A stretch of DNA of 64,000 nt, from assembly GCF_009914755.1 (NCBI RefSeq), contig NC_060933.1. The stretch is one strand, 5' to 3'. The translations under genes were made by a program, and so were the position numbers. Source of the DNA: the human T2T-CHM13v2.0 reference genome, Homo sapiens. Below are positions 1 to 15,336 of this stretch, one piece after another; the stretch's first letter is position 1, and every line of letters begins with the position of its first letter. A model generated the notes under the pieces. That model ran no database searches. It was not told where the DNA came from and worked only from the letters and a program-made list of their open reading frames with translations.

Positions 1-3000
1 TGAGGCTATTGTCAATGGACCAGTGTTAACATGCTGAGATCCTGACAACCCCAGTGTGGGGCAGCGCGTGGGAGACTGGGTGGCTTTAGAATGAGCCCAT
101 ACCAGACGCTTAGGCCCTCATCACCCCAAATAGAGGCTGAGATCCAGAAACAGAAGCTGGACGATGAAGGAAGAGTAAAAGATTACGACCAACAACAGGT
201 TACAGTTACCTTTGCGGTTTTCATTCTTTCCTGACGCCAGTACCAGCAAAGCTCCCAGTTATCACCTGGGCACACCCACCACCTTAGAACAACTCTTCAA
301 GTGTTACTTTCTGTGAAAGTAAAACTATACATATAGGCTGGAAGGGCTGAAACCCTGACCTGTGCCTAGTGCAGAGGAGGAAACAGTGGCAGGTGATCAG
401 AGCCTGGGAGGATGGGGAAGTGCGCCAGGTGGAAGGAACAGCAAAGCAAAAGGTAGGACAAGGTGGGGCCAGAAGGAGAACTAGGTCCTCACACCAGGGC
501 CTCTGAACCCCTGGACAAGAATCTCTTTCCCTCCCTCCTCAGCCACATAGGCCTCCTGCTTCGCCGAGGTGCCCCACTGTGCAAGAGGCACCCACTGCCC
601 TGCCCACTTCCCGGCGGCACAGCAGGAGAGCCAACGGGTATGTGCACACCTGAAGCCAGGCTGCCTGGGCCCACGTCCTGGCTCTGCCACTGGTCAGCTA
701 TGACTTGGTGAGCTCCGCCCTCACTGTGCCTGTCAATGGGGCTACGGGGCCAAGTTCCCATGGTTGGGCGTGTGTAAGCCCACCCTGATGCTTAGGCAGC
801 ATGGGCACCAGGTCAGGGTCATCCACAATCAGCCCATTTATGAGAAGTGGCAGGGCTTGAAGAGCAGCCCCAGGCCAGTGCCTGCACCCTCCCACCTGCT
901 GCCACAAGATTGGTCCCTGATGGTCCCCCCAAGGCTAGGTGCTGGTTCCAAAGTGGCCTCACTGTCCTTCTGCATATGGAAGATGTCCTTACTCTGTAGC
1001 CAGCCAGTGGGGCTGCCTGGCTCTGTGGCAACTACCTAATTACAGTTTCCTCAGCTACAAAGGAAAGTCACCCCCCTCCCTCCCCACTCTCAAGAGAGAA
1101 TGTGGATATCTCCACAATAAGAGCTGGCCATCAGCCCTAGCTAGTAGAGGTTGCCCCTTCAGTCTCCGGACAAACCTGTACAGGGAGTTGAAACAGGTCT
1201 GCACAGGAGACTGAGAACCAACCCCACTTGCCGACCTTCCACTGGGCTCTGGCTCCCTGGAGAAGGCCTACACCACCAGGGCAGGGGAACCAGGCCTCCA
1301 GGCAGGGCTGTCCCAGGGAATTCTCTTTCATCCTAAACCAGTTTGGCCATCTGATACAACAGGAACAACACTTGCCAAGCCAGGAGAGCCAGCCGCAGCA
1401 TTCCAATGAGGCAGGACTTGTTCCAGGATGCAGTTTCCACAACAAAACTGGGAGCCTCAATTCCTTCATCTGCTAGGCTGATCCAGCACCACCCACTCAT
1501 AGCCAGCTGGTCCCACACTTGTCCCTGAAGGGCCATGATGCCTGCCCCAGGGTGGGCCCAGCCTCCTGGGAACGGCCGGGCCTGGGCATCCCAGGAATCC
1601 CACTAGTCCTAGCCTGGCTGCCTCGGTTGGGCCCTCCCACCACCTGCTAAGGTGGAGACACTGCTGGGCTCCTTGTCAGGGCTGGTCCAAGCAGGGGGAA
1701 GGTCTGATCCTCATCCACTCGACGGGCTGTGAATACCTTCTGCTCAGCACCCACCTTTCCACCCAGGCTTGTTGAAAAATCCCAGGGACTGGCTTTACCA
1801 TCCCCTCAATGTTTACTAACAGCACTTATTAGCGCTTACTGCATGCCTGGTCTCTGGTAGGTACCAATGATACCAGGACAACAGACTATCAGGCCTCCCA
1901 AGACCCAAGTCCGAGGGCCTGTAGCCCAGACAGTCAGCTGAGACCACAAATCCTCCCATCCTGGGGAATCACAGGATGATAAAACTCACTTGATTACGGA
2001 TTGTCAGTATCCCAGGCTCTCTATTCCCCACAACCACAGTGAGGAGCCCGTGAAGGCTCGGTCAACTCTTTACTGTTTTGAAGCAGTATTCCTATCAGAA
2101 GTTCACACTTGGCAGGCAGGGAGGCATAGCCTTTGGAGCAAGACCCGACCCCCGACCACGATTTTACTCCTTGAGAGGGGTAATAGGCAAAGAAATCTGC
2201 AGAGCCAGGAAACAGCAATTCAAGTCCAGCACCCACCTCCTTCACAATCATGCGGTCAGTAAACACTGATCAAATGGCAGACTTGCCCCCCCAAAACTGC
2301 CACAAGCCACAGGGTTTCAACACTTGATGGAGTCAAAGGGAAATCAGGTGTTTCCGAGGCCTTAAAAGGAGCTGGGGTGGTCTGCAGGACAGGAGAGGAC
2401 CTGGAGGCCTCAGACACCTTGCTCCACTCCGGGAAGGTCTGCATGTGCTGTTCAGGGTCCTGCCCTGCATAGCCAGGACTCCGCAGGAGACCAAGTGGCA
2501 TCAAGCCTTATTACAGTCACCAGGGTTCTCAGGCCTATTAAGCTGACATAAATACAAGCTCAACAATATTATTATGAGATAAAGAATTTACAGCATTATG
2601 ACATTAAACTCACTCATAGGTTAATCAAACCTATCGTGACCCAAACAGCCTAGTACAAAATACATCAAAGTGTCAACCACGCAGAGAGAGAGATGGGGGG
2701 CTCTGCAATAGCCAGCAAATCAGAACTGGCAGAGACATGAAGTCTCCATACCAGGACTCAGGGCATAAGGAAATGATATCACAAGAGGATGCAGAATGAC
2801 ATCAGAGCAATCTAAAAAAGGAAGAAATTCCATTTATGTGTTGGTGTACCACAGAACAAAGTAAAAGACAGTATTTCACATAAGTTTTCTGTAAATCTGA
2901 AACTGTTCTAAAAAATATATGCTGTAAAAATGTTAGCATACACTCAAACATGTGAAAATTGAAAAATGATCTCTTAAATATATCTGTATTAGAGAAGGTA

Positions 3001-4289
3001 TACAGAACAAAACAACGGGAAATCAAATAAACAAAAAATAGAAACAAATCATATCAAAACTTCAGGATCACGGCCAAAGCAGTACTGTGCTGGGGCGGGG
3101 AGGGGGGGCGTTGTGGTGGATTGCACTAAAAATAAATAATGATAAAAAGAAACAGTCTCTCTAGACGGGGATTGCAAAAACTGAATAAAGTAACAAGCAG
3201 AAGTCTCACAAAGGGGAAGTGATACAACAAAAACCCAGAAACAAAAGAAAAAACAAAGCAACCATGTTCGTGTATTTTTTTAACCAGCTAATGACTGTAT
3301 TCAGGTTGGCAAGTCTGTGCAAAGTACATACCCCAAAACCAGGGAACTGAACACTTACCAACCTGTCCAGTCCCCACAGGCAACGTGAGGACTGAGCTAC
3401 TGCATTGCTGGTTCCACCCCACAGCCATTGGCAAGATGGGCATCGGCACCAGCAGGCCTGCCTCACAGGAGAACTGACCCAGGGAGTGCATGCCCAGGAG
3501 GGAGTCTGGGTGCTGTGTAGCACAGCAGGTCTTGAGCTCAGGTCTCGGCCTAAAGTGTCCCTGTCCACAACCATATCCACTCAAACAAATAATGAGAAAG
3601 GAAAACAGAAAGACATGCCCTATCAGTTCCTGATGTATCTGTTGAACACTCCTGTTCAGTTTGCTGAGTTTGTAATGTCCTCTCTAAGGGAGAAGAAAAG
3701 ACATTACAAACTCAACGGGAATGTTCAGCAGGTATGTCATGAACTTATCTGCTGGTTTCAACAGATCTTCCCTTCCAAAGGGCAGGGACTCATGGACCAA
3801 CTCCACGCCCAACACAGATGCAAAAACCTGACAAAATCTCAGCAAACAGAAGTAACCATTTACCTTAAGAGTTATTCACTGTGATCAGAAGACCTTGCCC
3901 AGGAACATAAAACCAGGGTAAACCAATTCAATTTTTAAAATCTATATTCAGCATCTGCTATGAAACAAGATAAGCCAACAAGTAAGTAAACCATATAGAT
4001 TGCCTGAGGCAAACTACCAATATTTCTGCCACAAACTAATATTTTTAAAGGAATTTAAAATGTCATCTATGCTAAGATGCTTTCACCATAATTTAGCCTG
4101 AACTCTTCTCAACTGAAGCACTTGAAAAGTGGATGTGGTAATTTTCTTTTTTTTCTTTATGTCATAAAAAGAGCATCAATAGAGTAAATCTTACCTGGAT
4201 AGATTTAAAACAAAAGCAAACATAACAAATAATGGAATGCATTAATAAATAATGGAGAAGCATTGGTAAATGAAGATGCATTTGAGTTA

Positions 4290-4800
4290 CCCACTCTCCC
4301 CTTAAAAGGAGAAGGCAGGACTACACTCTCACCACACTTAAAAGACATCAGAAGAGAAAAAAGCGTACTGCTAAATTCCTATTTTTTGCAGGTGATGATT
4401 TTGTCTAGAAAATGCACCAAGAAACATCCTCAAAAAGGTCAGAGATTTCAAATATACCAAGATACCCATAAAATCCTCCCAAATTAAACTGTTGAGTTAT
4501 GAACACAAAAAAGAGCAATTACATTCATAATCTTGACCTAAAAAATTAACCCCCAGATATTAACTTAACTAGAAACATAAGATTTATCCAAAGAAAATTA
4601 TAAAAATACTAATGAGAAAATTATAAAAATACTAATGAGAAAGACAGAATGTAAGTTGGAAGGTAAGATTCCTTGAGTTGTCATGTAGATTCATGTGATA
4701 TGGGTACCACAGCTACAGACCTGGAAGGAAGCTGCCTCAAATCTTCTGGGGATTACTTCAGAATAATAGTGAAATTTATCTCAAAGATTTAGCAAGCAAA
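4290..4800 (+). mobile_element. Very old L1 ORF2 remnant
   Basis: A-rich; TTTTTTGCAGGTGATGATTTTGTCTAGAAAAT resembles L1 RT FADDMIxYLEN. Confidence 0.4.
4592..4642. repeat. Perfect 23-bp tandem duplication
   Basis: AGAAAATTATAAAAATACTAATG x2.2. Confidence 0.9.
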
Positions 4801-4829
4801 AAGACTCTCCTGCTTACCTCCACCAAAAA

Positions 4830-5759
<930 letters not shown>

Positions 5760-5760
<1 letters not shown>

Positions 5761-6060
5761 CTTTCTTTTTTTGGAAGACAGGGTCTCACTCTGTCACCCA
5801 GACTGGAGTGTAGTGGTGAGATCACAGCTCCCTTCAGCCTTGACCTCCTGGGCCCAAGCAATCCTCCTGCCTCAGCCTCCTGAGTGGCTGGGACTACAGG
5901 CACGTGCCACCATGCCAGCTTTTTTTTTTTTTTTTTTTTTTTTAGAGATGGGGTCTCACTATGTTGCCCATGCTAGTCTTGAACTCCTGGGCTCAAGTGA
6001 GCCCCCACTTTGGCCTCCAAAAGTGCTGGGATTATACGCACAAGATACCGTGTTCAGCCT
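5760..6060 (-). mobile_element. AluJ
   Basis: Diverged dimer with AluJ-type sequence. Confidence 0.85.
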
Positions 6061-6309
6061 CTTTCCATTTTATTTAAAAAAGTATTAGTAACAATAATAG
6101 CCACCACTCTATAAGTCTCCTTAAGTATATTATTTCACTTAACGCCTATCTCAAAGTTCTCAGGAGAACCCATGTTCCCATTTTATGGAGGAAGAAACTA
6201 AGGCTCCAAAAGGCCAAAATTGTGACAGGGCAGAAGCACAGATGGAAGAGAGCCATCTCTGCCTGCTCCATGCTGGGTCCTTCTGCTGCATCGCTGGGTC
6301 AGAACTACT

Positions 6310-7095
6310 GCCTGATGGCAAAGGGCTCCATATCCTGAATATATAAAGATCTCCTACACGTACATGAGAAAAAGACAGACACCCAAGAAGAACATTGGAA
6401 GAAGGTCTTGAAAAGGCTCTTTATAAAAGAGGCTCTCCAAGTGGCCAGTAAACACAGGAAAAGGTCCATGGGGAATGCAACTTACACCAGAAAGAGCTAC
6501 TGTGACATACTGATCAGAATGGCTAGTACATAAATCAGTAACACATCAAGTGCCCGTGGTGAGGATGGAGAGGACAGGAGCTCGCCACACACTGCTGTGC
6601 TCCTCTAGAAGAAAGCCTGCCCTATGTCACCCTAGCCAGTCCATCCAACAGACACAGGCAACAGCCACCCCATGAGCGTTCTAACAGCTCCAAGCTGAAA
6701 ACAACCCCAGGGTCGGTCTACCTGACAGTGGGTGAGGAAGGCGTGGTATATCCACACAAATGAATCCCATGTGGCAACGAGTGCCAATAACCTACAAATA
6801 CAAGCAGCAATGAGGACCAGTCTCACGATGCTGAGTGAACACACAAAAAAAGTACGGTGCAACTCCATCTATAAGAAGTCAAAACCAGGCAAGATATAAT
6901 CTTTGGTGTCAAAAGCCAGAATGATCACACCTTGACAGGGCTCAGAGAGCAGCTCTGGGAAGCTGACTACATGCAACTTCTTGATCTGTTGGTAGTTACA
7001 TGGGTGCACTTACTTTGATAATTTATCAAACTATACAATTATGATTTTTATAGTTTCCATATTTACCTTACACTCCAGTAAAAGCTTATTTTTAT
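6310..7095 (+). mobile_element. L1ME-like 3' fragment
   Basis: Degenerate L1 ORF2 end/3' UTR motifs. Confidence 0.55.
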
Positions 7096-7124
7096 TAAAA
7101 ACTAGTGTAATATGAAAACTATTG

Positions 7125-7426
7125 GGCCAGGCGTGGTGGCTCAAGCCTGTAATCCCAGCACTTTGGGAGGCCGAGGCGGGCGGATCATGAGGTCAAGAGA
7201 TGAAGACCATCCTGGCTAACATGGTGAAACCCCTCCTCTACTAAAAATACAAAAAATTAGCCAGGTGTGGTGGCACGCGCCTGTAGACCCAGCTACTCAG
7301 GAGGCTGAGGCAGGAGAATCACTTGAACCCAGGAGGTGGAGGTAGCAGTGAGCCAAGATTGTGTCACTGCACTCCAGCCTGGATGACAGAGCGAGACTCC
7401 GTCTCAGAAAAAAAAAAGAAAAAAAA
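7125..7426 (+). mobile_element. AluS
   Basis: Full dimer with A tail. Confidence 0.92.
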
Positions 7427-8814
7427 GGAAAAGCTGCAGAATAGCAAATGTACCCAAGGGATGACATATTTGCCAACATACACACATGCACTTAAAATCT
7501 ATACATTTTACTATATGTAATTCTAGTTTAAAAGATTAATAAAACCCCAAACCAAACATATCACAGGGAGTTAAATTGCTTGTTATTCATAAAATGGATA
7601 ATATCAGAAACAAGATGAAAGATCAAATTTTCATAAATGAACTTCAGCAAAAACCTGATATAAGAACACAGGGTCAGGTCAGGAAATGGTGGCAAGAAAT
7701 GGACTTCAGATTTACACAGGGCCAGATGCTTCAGATCACCCCACAAACAGATGTACAGCCTTGCTAGCAATTCAGGAAAACAACTTACAGTAGCTACAAA
7801 CACCAGCAGAAACAGAGTCGCAGGGCACACTGGGATGGGGGATGGGAGGGTTCCAGGGCCAGGAGGGAGGTATAGTTGGGAGATGGATGTGAGATGAGCT
7901 GGAACCTCTGCCTACTGTTCAGCCCAGTAATGACCCAGATCCAAGAACGGTGTAGAGGCAGTGCGGTGAGGGGAGAAGGGGATCCACCTAACTAAGGGTG
8001 GGGACAGGGGAGGGGGGTCCCCTGTCCTGAGGCATCTTCACTGGGCCTGCTCTGTCCAGATGATCCCTCTCCACCCCCAGGTTTTCCCAGCCTTGGGCTG
8101 CCGTCAGCACCCCTCCAGCTTTGATGTGGGCCCAGAGGGAGGAAGACAGAGGACAACACAGCTGTTAACAGATAAGCAAGAAGCCTCTGGGTGCCCAGGG
8201 GAGGGAGGGCAATTACCCCAAGGCATCGCTGCACTTCACAGTTTGCACCAATGTAAGCTCATTAGCTTCTCTCACAGGAGGTATTAGCTCCTCTCACAGG
8301 TGAGAAACTGAACTCCGAGAACACACATCTCCATAAACGTTTCCCCAAGAGGGTCTGAAGAGAAAGCAAGAAAGAGAGGCTGATGATCCAGAAGTGGCTG
8401 GGCCTGGGCCTAGACCCTGGCCCACAGTGCTCAATTGTCTGACCAGTGCCCCAACCACACCTGCTCCTCAAAATCACCTGGAGAACTGCAAACTCCCATT
8501 CCCAGGTGCATGAACATCTGGGACTCGGCCCTTCCTGGTCTTGGCCTGGAACCTAGAAAGCTTGGACTCAATGTGGGGACTGCCTAACAACTGAGATCTG
8601 GCTAAAGCCAGTCATGGTGGTCCCTGGGCCCCACTTCCCACAATTTATGGAGATCATTTCCCTCCTGACACATGGTCCCTCCCTCCCTAGAAGGTTACCT
8701 GTGGTGGCAAAGCGCGAGTGAAATGACTGGCCCTCCTGCTCGGACATGTTGATATGTGAATACAGTGGGGAGAGGGGCTTGCTGCAGGCACCACCCAAGA
8801 AAGATGGAAGCATT

Positions 8815-9120
8815 GGCCGGGCATGGTGGCTCACGCCTGTAATCCCAGCACTTTGGGAGGCTGAGGCAGGCAGATCACCTGAGGTCAGGAGTTCAAGACC
8901 AGCCTGGCCAACATGGCGAAATCCTGTCTCTACTAAACAATAAAAAATTAGCTGGGCATGGTGGCAGGGGCCTGTAATCTCAACTACTTGGGAGGCTGAG
9001 GCAAGAAAAATTGCTTGAACCCGGGAGCAGAGGTTGCAGTGAGCCAAGATCACACCACTGCACTCCAGCCTGGGCGACAGAGTGAGACTCCGTCTCCAAA
9101 AAAAAAAAAAAAAGAAAGAA
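8815..9120 (+). mobile_element. AluS
   Basis: Full dimer; TSD-like ATGGAAGCA. Confidence 0.92.
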
Positions 9121-11701
9121 ACATGGAAGCACATGCCACATGTCCACGCCAAGTATGGTACATTCACAATGCCCAGCACCCAACAACAGGTGGACGGCAG
9201 TAACTCTAGTATGATGACACAGTGGATGATGCTCAGCAGCAAGAAAACTCACTCCTCATACAAGTAACCGTCGTGATGGCTCTTAGAGAAGCCAGACCCA
9301 AAAGACCACACACCAAGTATGAAGAAACCTAATCACTGTAGAAGGCAGGCAGTACGCTGCTGGGTGGACAGGAAGAGTCTGAGCACTTCAGGGTAACCTT
9401 CACCATGGGGCAGCCACACGAGAGCACACAACTGCACAACTGCGTGTGGTCTTACAGGCAAATCATACCTCAATTTAAAAATGAGAGCTGCACAAAACAA
9501 TCAACTAGTCAGCAGCCAGAGCTGCTCCGGAAATGTCTGACTGTTGAGGTCAAAGGCCGCCCTAAAAAATGCAGCCTGGACTGAAATGGGGCTCAGCTCT
9601 GTCTCACAGTGAACCACACCAATATGGAAGGTGGGTGGCAGAGGTCTCCCAGCAGCTTCTAGGGAAAGGCCACCAAACTGGTGGCCCACCAAGCTCCCAC
9701 ACAGACCTTCTGGATGACTTCCCTGGTGGGTCCCCAGTAGGCCAAATCTCAGAGCCAGTATGTCACCGGGGGCCAAGAGGGTAAATGGACCTGTCCACCA
9801 TCTGCACCATCAACAACAGCAGCCACAGGCCTGACCCCCTCTTAGGTGCTGACCCTTGCCATCTCGGCCTAGTGCGAGAGGCTGGGCAGCTCTGTGGAGA
9901 AGCACTTTGCCCAGGCCCCTGGCTACACTGGGAAGCAGGTCTGCATGCTGGTATGCTTTCTTCCAAAGTCCCCGCCAGGCTCCTGGGTGAGGTCCTGACC
10001 TGCATCTCTTTCATTGCCACAAGTGTAGGCAACAGCTCCAGGGATATGGCTCAGGACAGGGGGGTCACCAGGGAGTCAGTAGGGAGGGCCAGACTCACCG
10101 GGCAGGATGGAAAAGTCCAGCAGCTGTCCCAGGACAGCAGAATTCCCTCCAGCCTAACATTACCCTCACTTCAGCCAGCACCCCCATCACTTTAGCTCAC
10201 TGATGCTGAGAAATAGCTCAGGCAGAAGGCAGGGCCGACCATCCAGATATACACACAGTGTGGGTGGGGCAAGGCCTCTCACACGGGAAGGGTTCAGGCC
10301 TGTCCTTGTGGGCAGATGGACGCCCACGTCCACCACACATCTGCACCTCCTTGGTGAGTGCAGGAACGGAGTGAGGAGCCCAAGCCCAGCAAGTGGCAAG
10401 GCTCAGGAAGCATCTGTGGCATGAATGGAAGACAGACAGGGGGAACCTATGCACACAGCTGGGAGGTGACAGGCCCCACACCCGAAGTGGGCTGACAGCA
10501 TGGCAGGTCAAGGGCATAGCCAGATGCTGGGGTGCTGAGAGTGCAGAATATGAATATGGCTGCATATGTATGAATATGTATGCCATATGTATGAATACGG
10601 CTGAGTGAGGCTAGGACTGCAGGGAACTCCAGGGGTACAGGGTGGGCAGGCATTGCAGGTTCTTTTGGGACATCTCCTCTTTCATCCCTCTCTCTCCAGC
10701 CAGTGGAGGGGACACACCCCCGTGACTCAGCAGCAGGAATGGCTCCCAGGCTTGCCCCTGTCCTGGGTCTTCCCCTTAGCTCATGCACACTCCAGAGAGG
10801 TACAGAGAGGCATCCCAGGTTCTCCACTTGGGGGGTTGTACCCCTCTCCAGGGCTGAATCACGCACGATGTGCACAGCAGGGAGGATTCAAACCCCCGGG
10901 TGTAAACTGCAATGACAGGATAGTGCTCCCACACTCATCTTTCCCCTGGGATCATTCTGGAAGTGTAAACACTCCTGAGACTGATTTAATAGGTCTGAGT
11001 GTGGCCCCTGAGCTTTAGAATTTTTGAAAGTCCCCCAGTGACCCTGGGGTACAAGCAGACTAGTCAGCTCCACATGCTTCTACTGGAACCCAAGTCAGCT
11101 AAGAAGCCAGAAATAGACCTGTTGACTACCTGGGCCCCTCACAGACACAATGACCCACCCAGTGGGATCCCATGGGTGTTATATGGGAGACCCTACCTCA
11201 CCATCCCCTCAGCCAGCTCTTCCCATCCATCCCCAGCTGGGTGGGGATGCTCCAGCATCACTAAACCAACTCCCTCCTCTCTTTATTCAAAAGGTACTTC
11301 CTAAGCAGATACAGGCAACAAAGGATGTGGGGTCCAGGGCCCCCAGGAGCGGACAGAGGTGGGTGTGAATCATGTGTCTTCACACAAGCCCTGCAAAGTA
11401 AAAACTTTTATTGTTCCCTTTCATGGGTGAACAAACTGAGGATCAACAAGGTGAGATGATTCATCTGAGTGGGACCATAAGGCTTCTCACTCCAAAATCC
11501 ATTTTTCTTCTTTGCAGCAGGGTGGTTCCCAGAGGAGATGGTACAGGGAGGGGCAAGGGGGTAACAGGAGAGGGGGCAGGAGGTGGAGTTGGTCCCTGAG
11601 GAACTCAGACAGCCTCACCTGGCAGGTAGACAGGGAGGAGGGAGGAGGCCCAGGAGCACTCAAGCAGGAGCCTGGGAAGGCTGCAGGAGTCCCTGCAAGA
11701 C

Positions 11702-11781
11702 AGGGTGGGGCCTCTTGAGGACTGGGGTCCAGGCCAGGAAAAGAGGGTGGGGCCTCCTGGGAACTGGGGTCCAGGCCAGGA
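11702..11781. repeat. 42-bp tandem duplication
   Basis: AGGGTGGGGCCTC..ACTGGGGTCCAGGCCAGGA x2, few mismatches. Confidence 0.8.
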
Positions 11782-13451
11782 GGCAGCGCCCGCCCACCTC
11801 TGCCAGCCTATATCTATCAGGCTGTACGCTGCAGGACCAGCCCAGGCCCAAGCCCCTCTGCAGGCCCATCTGTCCCTCACACCACAGGAGGCTGAGGGGC
11901 ACTGGCCCACCCTTCCTACTGGGTGGCTTTGGAACTGCATTTCCCCAAGGAGGACTTACACTTGTGGATGCGGGGATCACTAGGACTCAGGGCTGAGAGG
12001 CACCCACACAGGGAACACTGTAGGGCTGTGGTGCTTGTCACCAGCCTCTGCCCACCCATGGCCCCTCCTCTGTGAGGCCCACATCAATCGGAAGCAGCCA
12101 TCCCATCACCAACCGTGAACCCCAGCTGCCCTGGGCAACGTCCAAATGCTAAGCTGCTTTTAGAAAACTGGGAATTCATCCCTGGGCAGGAGGGATTTAG
12201 CCAGAATTGGGTGCCATTTAGAGAAGATTACACCCTAATTGCCCCAGTGTCAGCAGACAGGCTTCTGGCCAGCTGCACCCAGGGCTGGCAAAGGTCCCCA
12301 CAGACCCTAGCTACCCCGCCCAAGACACAGAAGCCAGTCCTGGGGCCTGGGGACCAGCCCTCATCTTCCATGGCAGCTGGCTGCCCTGACACAAATCTCC
12401 ATTCAACAGCTTGTAGTCAGGGCAAGAGGGGACAGCTTGGGGGCCCTGCCACGCAGCTGTCCAGACTGCATCTGTTCCAAACAAGGGGAGGATGGCACAG
12501 TGGGCACAGCAGTCTGGGCCAGGCTGGGCTGAAAGCCACAGGAGAGCATGGCTGCAGCCCGGGTTTTCTCCTGACTTCATCTCAAACCCTCATCACACTT
12601 CTTCACCTTATTAGCACTGTTTTAGAAAGAGACACCAGTAAGGTTCACAGTCAGCAAGTGGCAGGAGAATCTTACGCCATCTCCTCGCAATCCCCAGAGT
12701 TCTTCCCACCACAGGATGAACTATGAGGGTGGAGCCTGAGGAGAGGGAACTCTTGTTCAATGCTGGCGGAAATACAAAATGGTATTCGCATTTGGAAGAG
12801 TCTGGCAGTTTCTCACAAAGCTAAATACAGTCTTATCATACAATCCAGCGATCAGACTCTTCAGGTAATTACCCAAATGGTAATTACCTGCACTAGAACT
12901 TGTACGTGAATGTTTAAAGCAGCTTTATTCATATTTGCCAAAAAGTAGAAGCAACTAAGATGTCTTTCAATAGGTGAACAGATAAATTGTGGTTCACCCA
13001 TATTATTGTGATTTAAGAAAAAAAAAAGAGCAATCAAGCCATGAAAAAACATGGATAAATCTTAAGTGCATATTGCTAAGTGAAAGAAGCCAGTCTGAAA
13101 AGGGCTACATACTGTATGATTCCAATTATGTGACATTCTGGAAAAGGCAAAACCGTAATGATGGTAAAAAGATCAGTGGTTGCCAGAGGTTGACGGGGGT
13201 GGATTTAAACAGGTGAAGCATAGGGTTTTTTTTTTAAGGCAGTGAAACTATTCTGTATGATCCTGTAATGGTAGATAAATGCCACTGCATTTATAAAAAC
13301 AAAAAGTGAACCTTAATATTAGTATGTGAATTGTTTTAAAAATTCATTTGGGAGATCAAGGGATCCTGGGCTGGAATGTAGAATGTGACAAAATAATCTA
13401 ATTGTATTACAAATGTATCAAACAACCTCACTGAAGGGGATGGGGGAATAA

Positions 13452-14007
<556 letters not shown>

Positions 14008-14370
14008 CTAACTTAAGTAACTTTGGAAATAAGTAGAGTCTATAAGACTAAAGGCAAAAGAATTACACAAAAGCACTGTAACTCTAGTTGATAAAATTGT
14101 TTCCCATGGGGACCCAGGTTAACAATTCTGTTACTGCTGTACATGTGAACTGGAATGAAACAATTAAGTTACTGGATGGTGGATGGTGGGAGCCAGGTGT
14201 CTCACTGTTGGAGTGGGAGGTTACAGATAAGCAAGGGAAGGTGGTAAGAACGATCTACGTGGTAATGGATTACAGTTCTTACATCAGTATGAACTCATGG
14301 TTAACTAAATATACATACAGGTGTATTTATTGACATATGTATATACATGGGTTAGTATACACTAACTGCA

Positions 14371-14712
<342 letters not shown>

Positions 14713-15048
14713 TGACAGGCCTTAAATCAAAGACACCCTAATAGCAATGAGCACACATAGCAACCAGATCTTGGTTTCTAACATCTTTCTCAACTAAAGA
14801 AACCAGGGCTTCTTGGGGTAAATAGCTGATTCTAGGACTGAGGGAGGAAACAGATAAGCCTGCAACATCTTGTAGTGCCAGAAAGGAAGGAAGCACTTTA
14901 AAAAAAAAAAAGAGGCACCATGATGTGGTATGTTAAAGGGGGTATAAGAGCCATCTGAAAGAGCTCTCAAGAGCCAAAGCTGGAGCAATTTGAGCAACAA
15001 AATGAGGTAATGTTGGATTATAACCCAAAGTATAAAATAAACTTTCAT

Positions 15049-15336
15049 GGGCTGGGCACAGTGGCTCATGCCTGGAATCCCAGCACTTTAGAAGGCCAAG
15101 ATAGGAGAAGTACAAAAGCCAAGGAATTAAAGACGAGCCTGGGCAACATAATGAGACCATGTACCTACTAAAAAAATCAAAAAATTAGCTAGGGGTGGTG
15201 GCACATGCTACTGGGGAGACTGAGGTGGAAAGATCACTTGAGCCCAGGAGGTCAAAGTTGCAGTGAGTCACGATCACACCACTCCACTCCAGCCTGGGCG
15301 ACAGAGTGAGACCCCGTCCCAAATAAAATAAATAAA
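15049..15336 (+). mobile_element. AluJ
   Basis: Diverged dimer; TSD AACTTTCATG. Confidence 0.85.

Noticed and set aside
3405-3884. 159-aa plus-strand ORF
   Set aside because: TTG start, no recognisable homology or exon structure
7830-8020. G-quadruplex-like G runs
   Set aside because: Common in GC-rich introns; nothing distinguishing
8568-9252. 224-aa ORF and many similar ORFs ([13 protein letters not shown]...)
   Set aside because: Translations of Alu sequence
12115-12726. 203-aa plus-strand ORF
   Set aside because: GTG start, no recognisable domain, antisense within GC-rich intron
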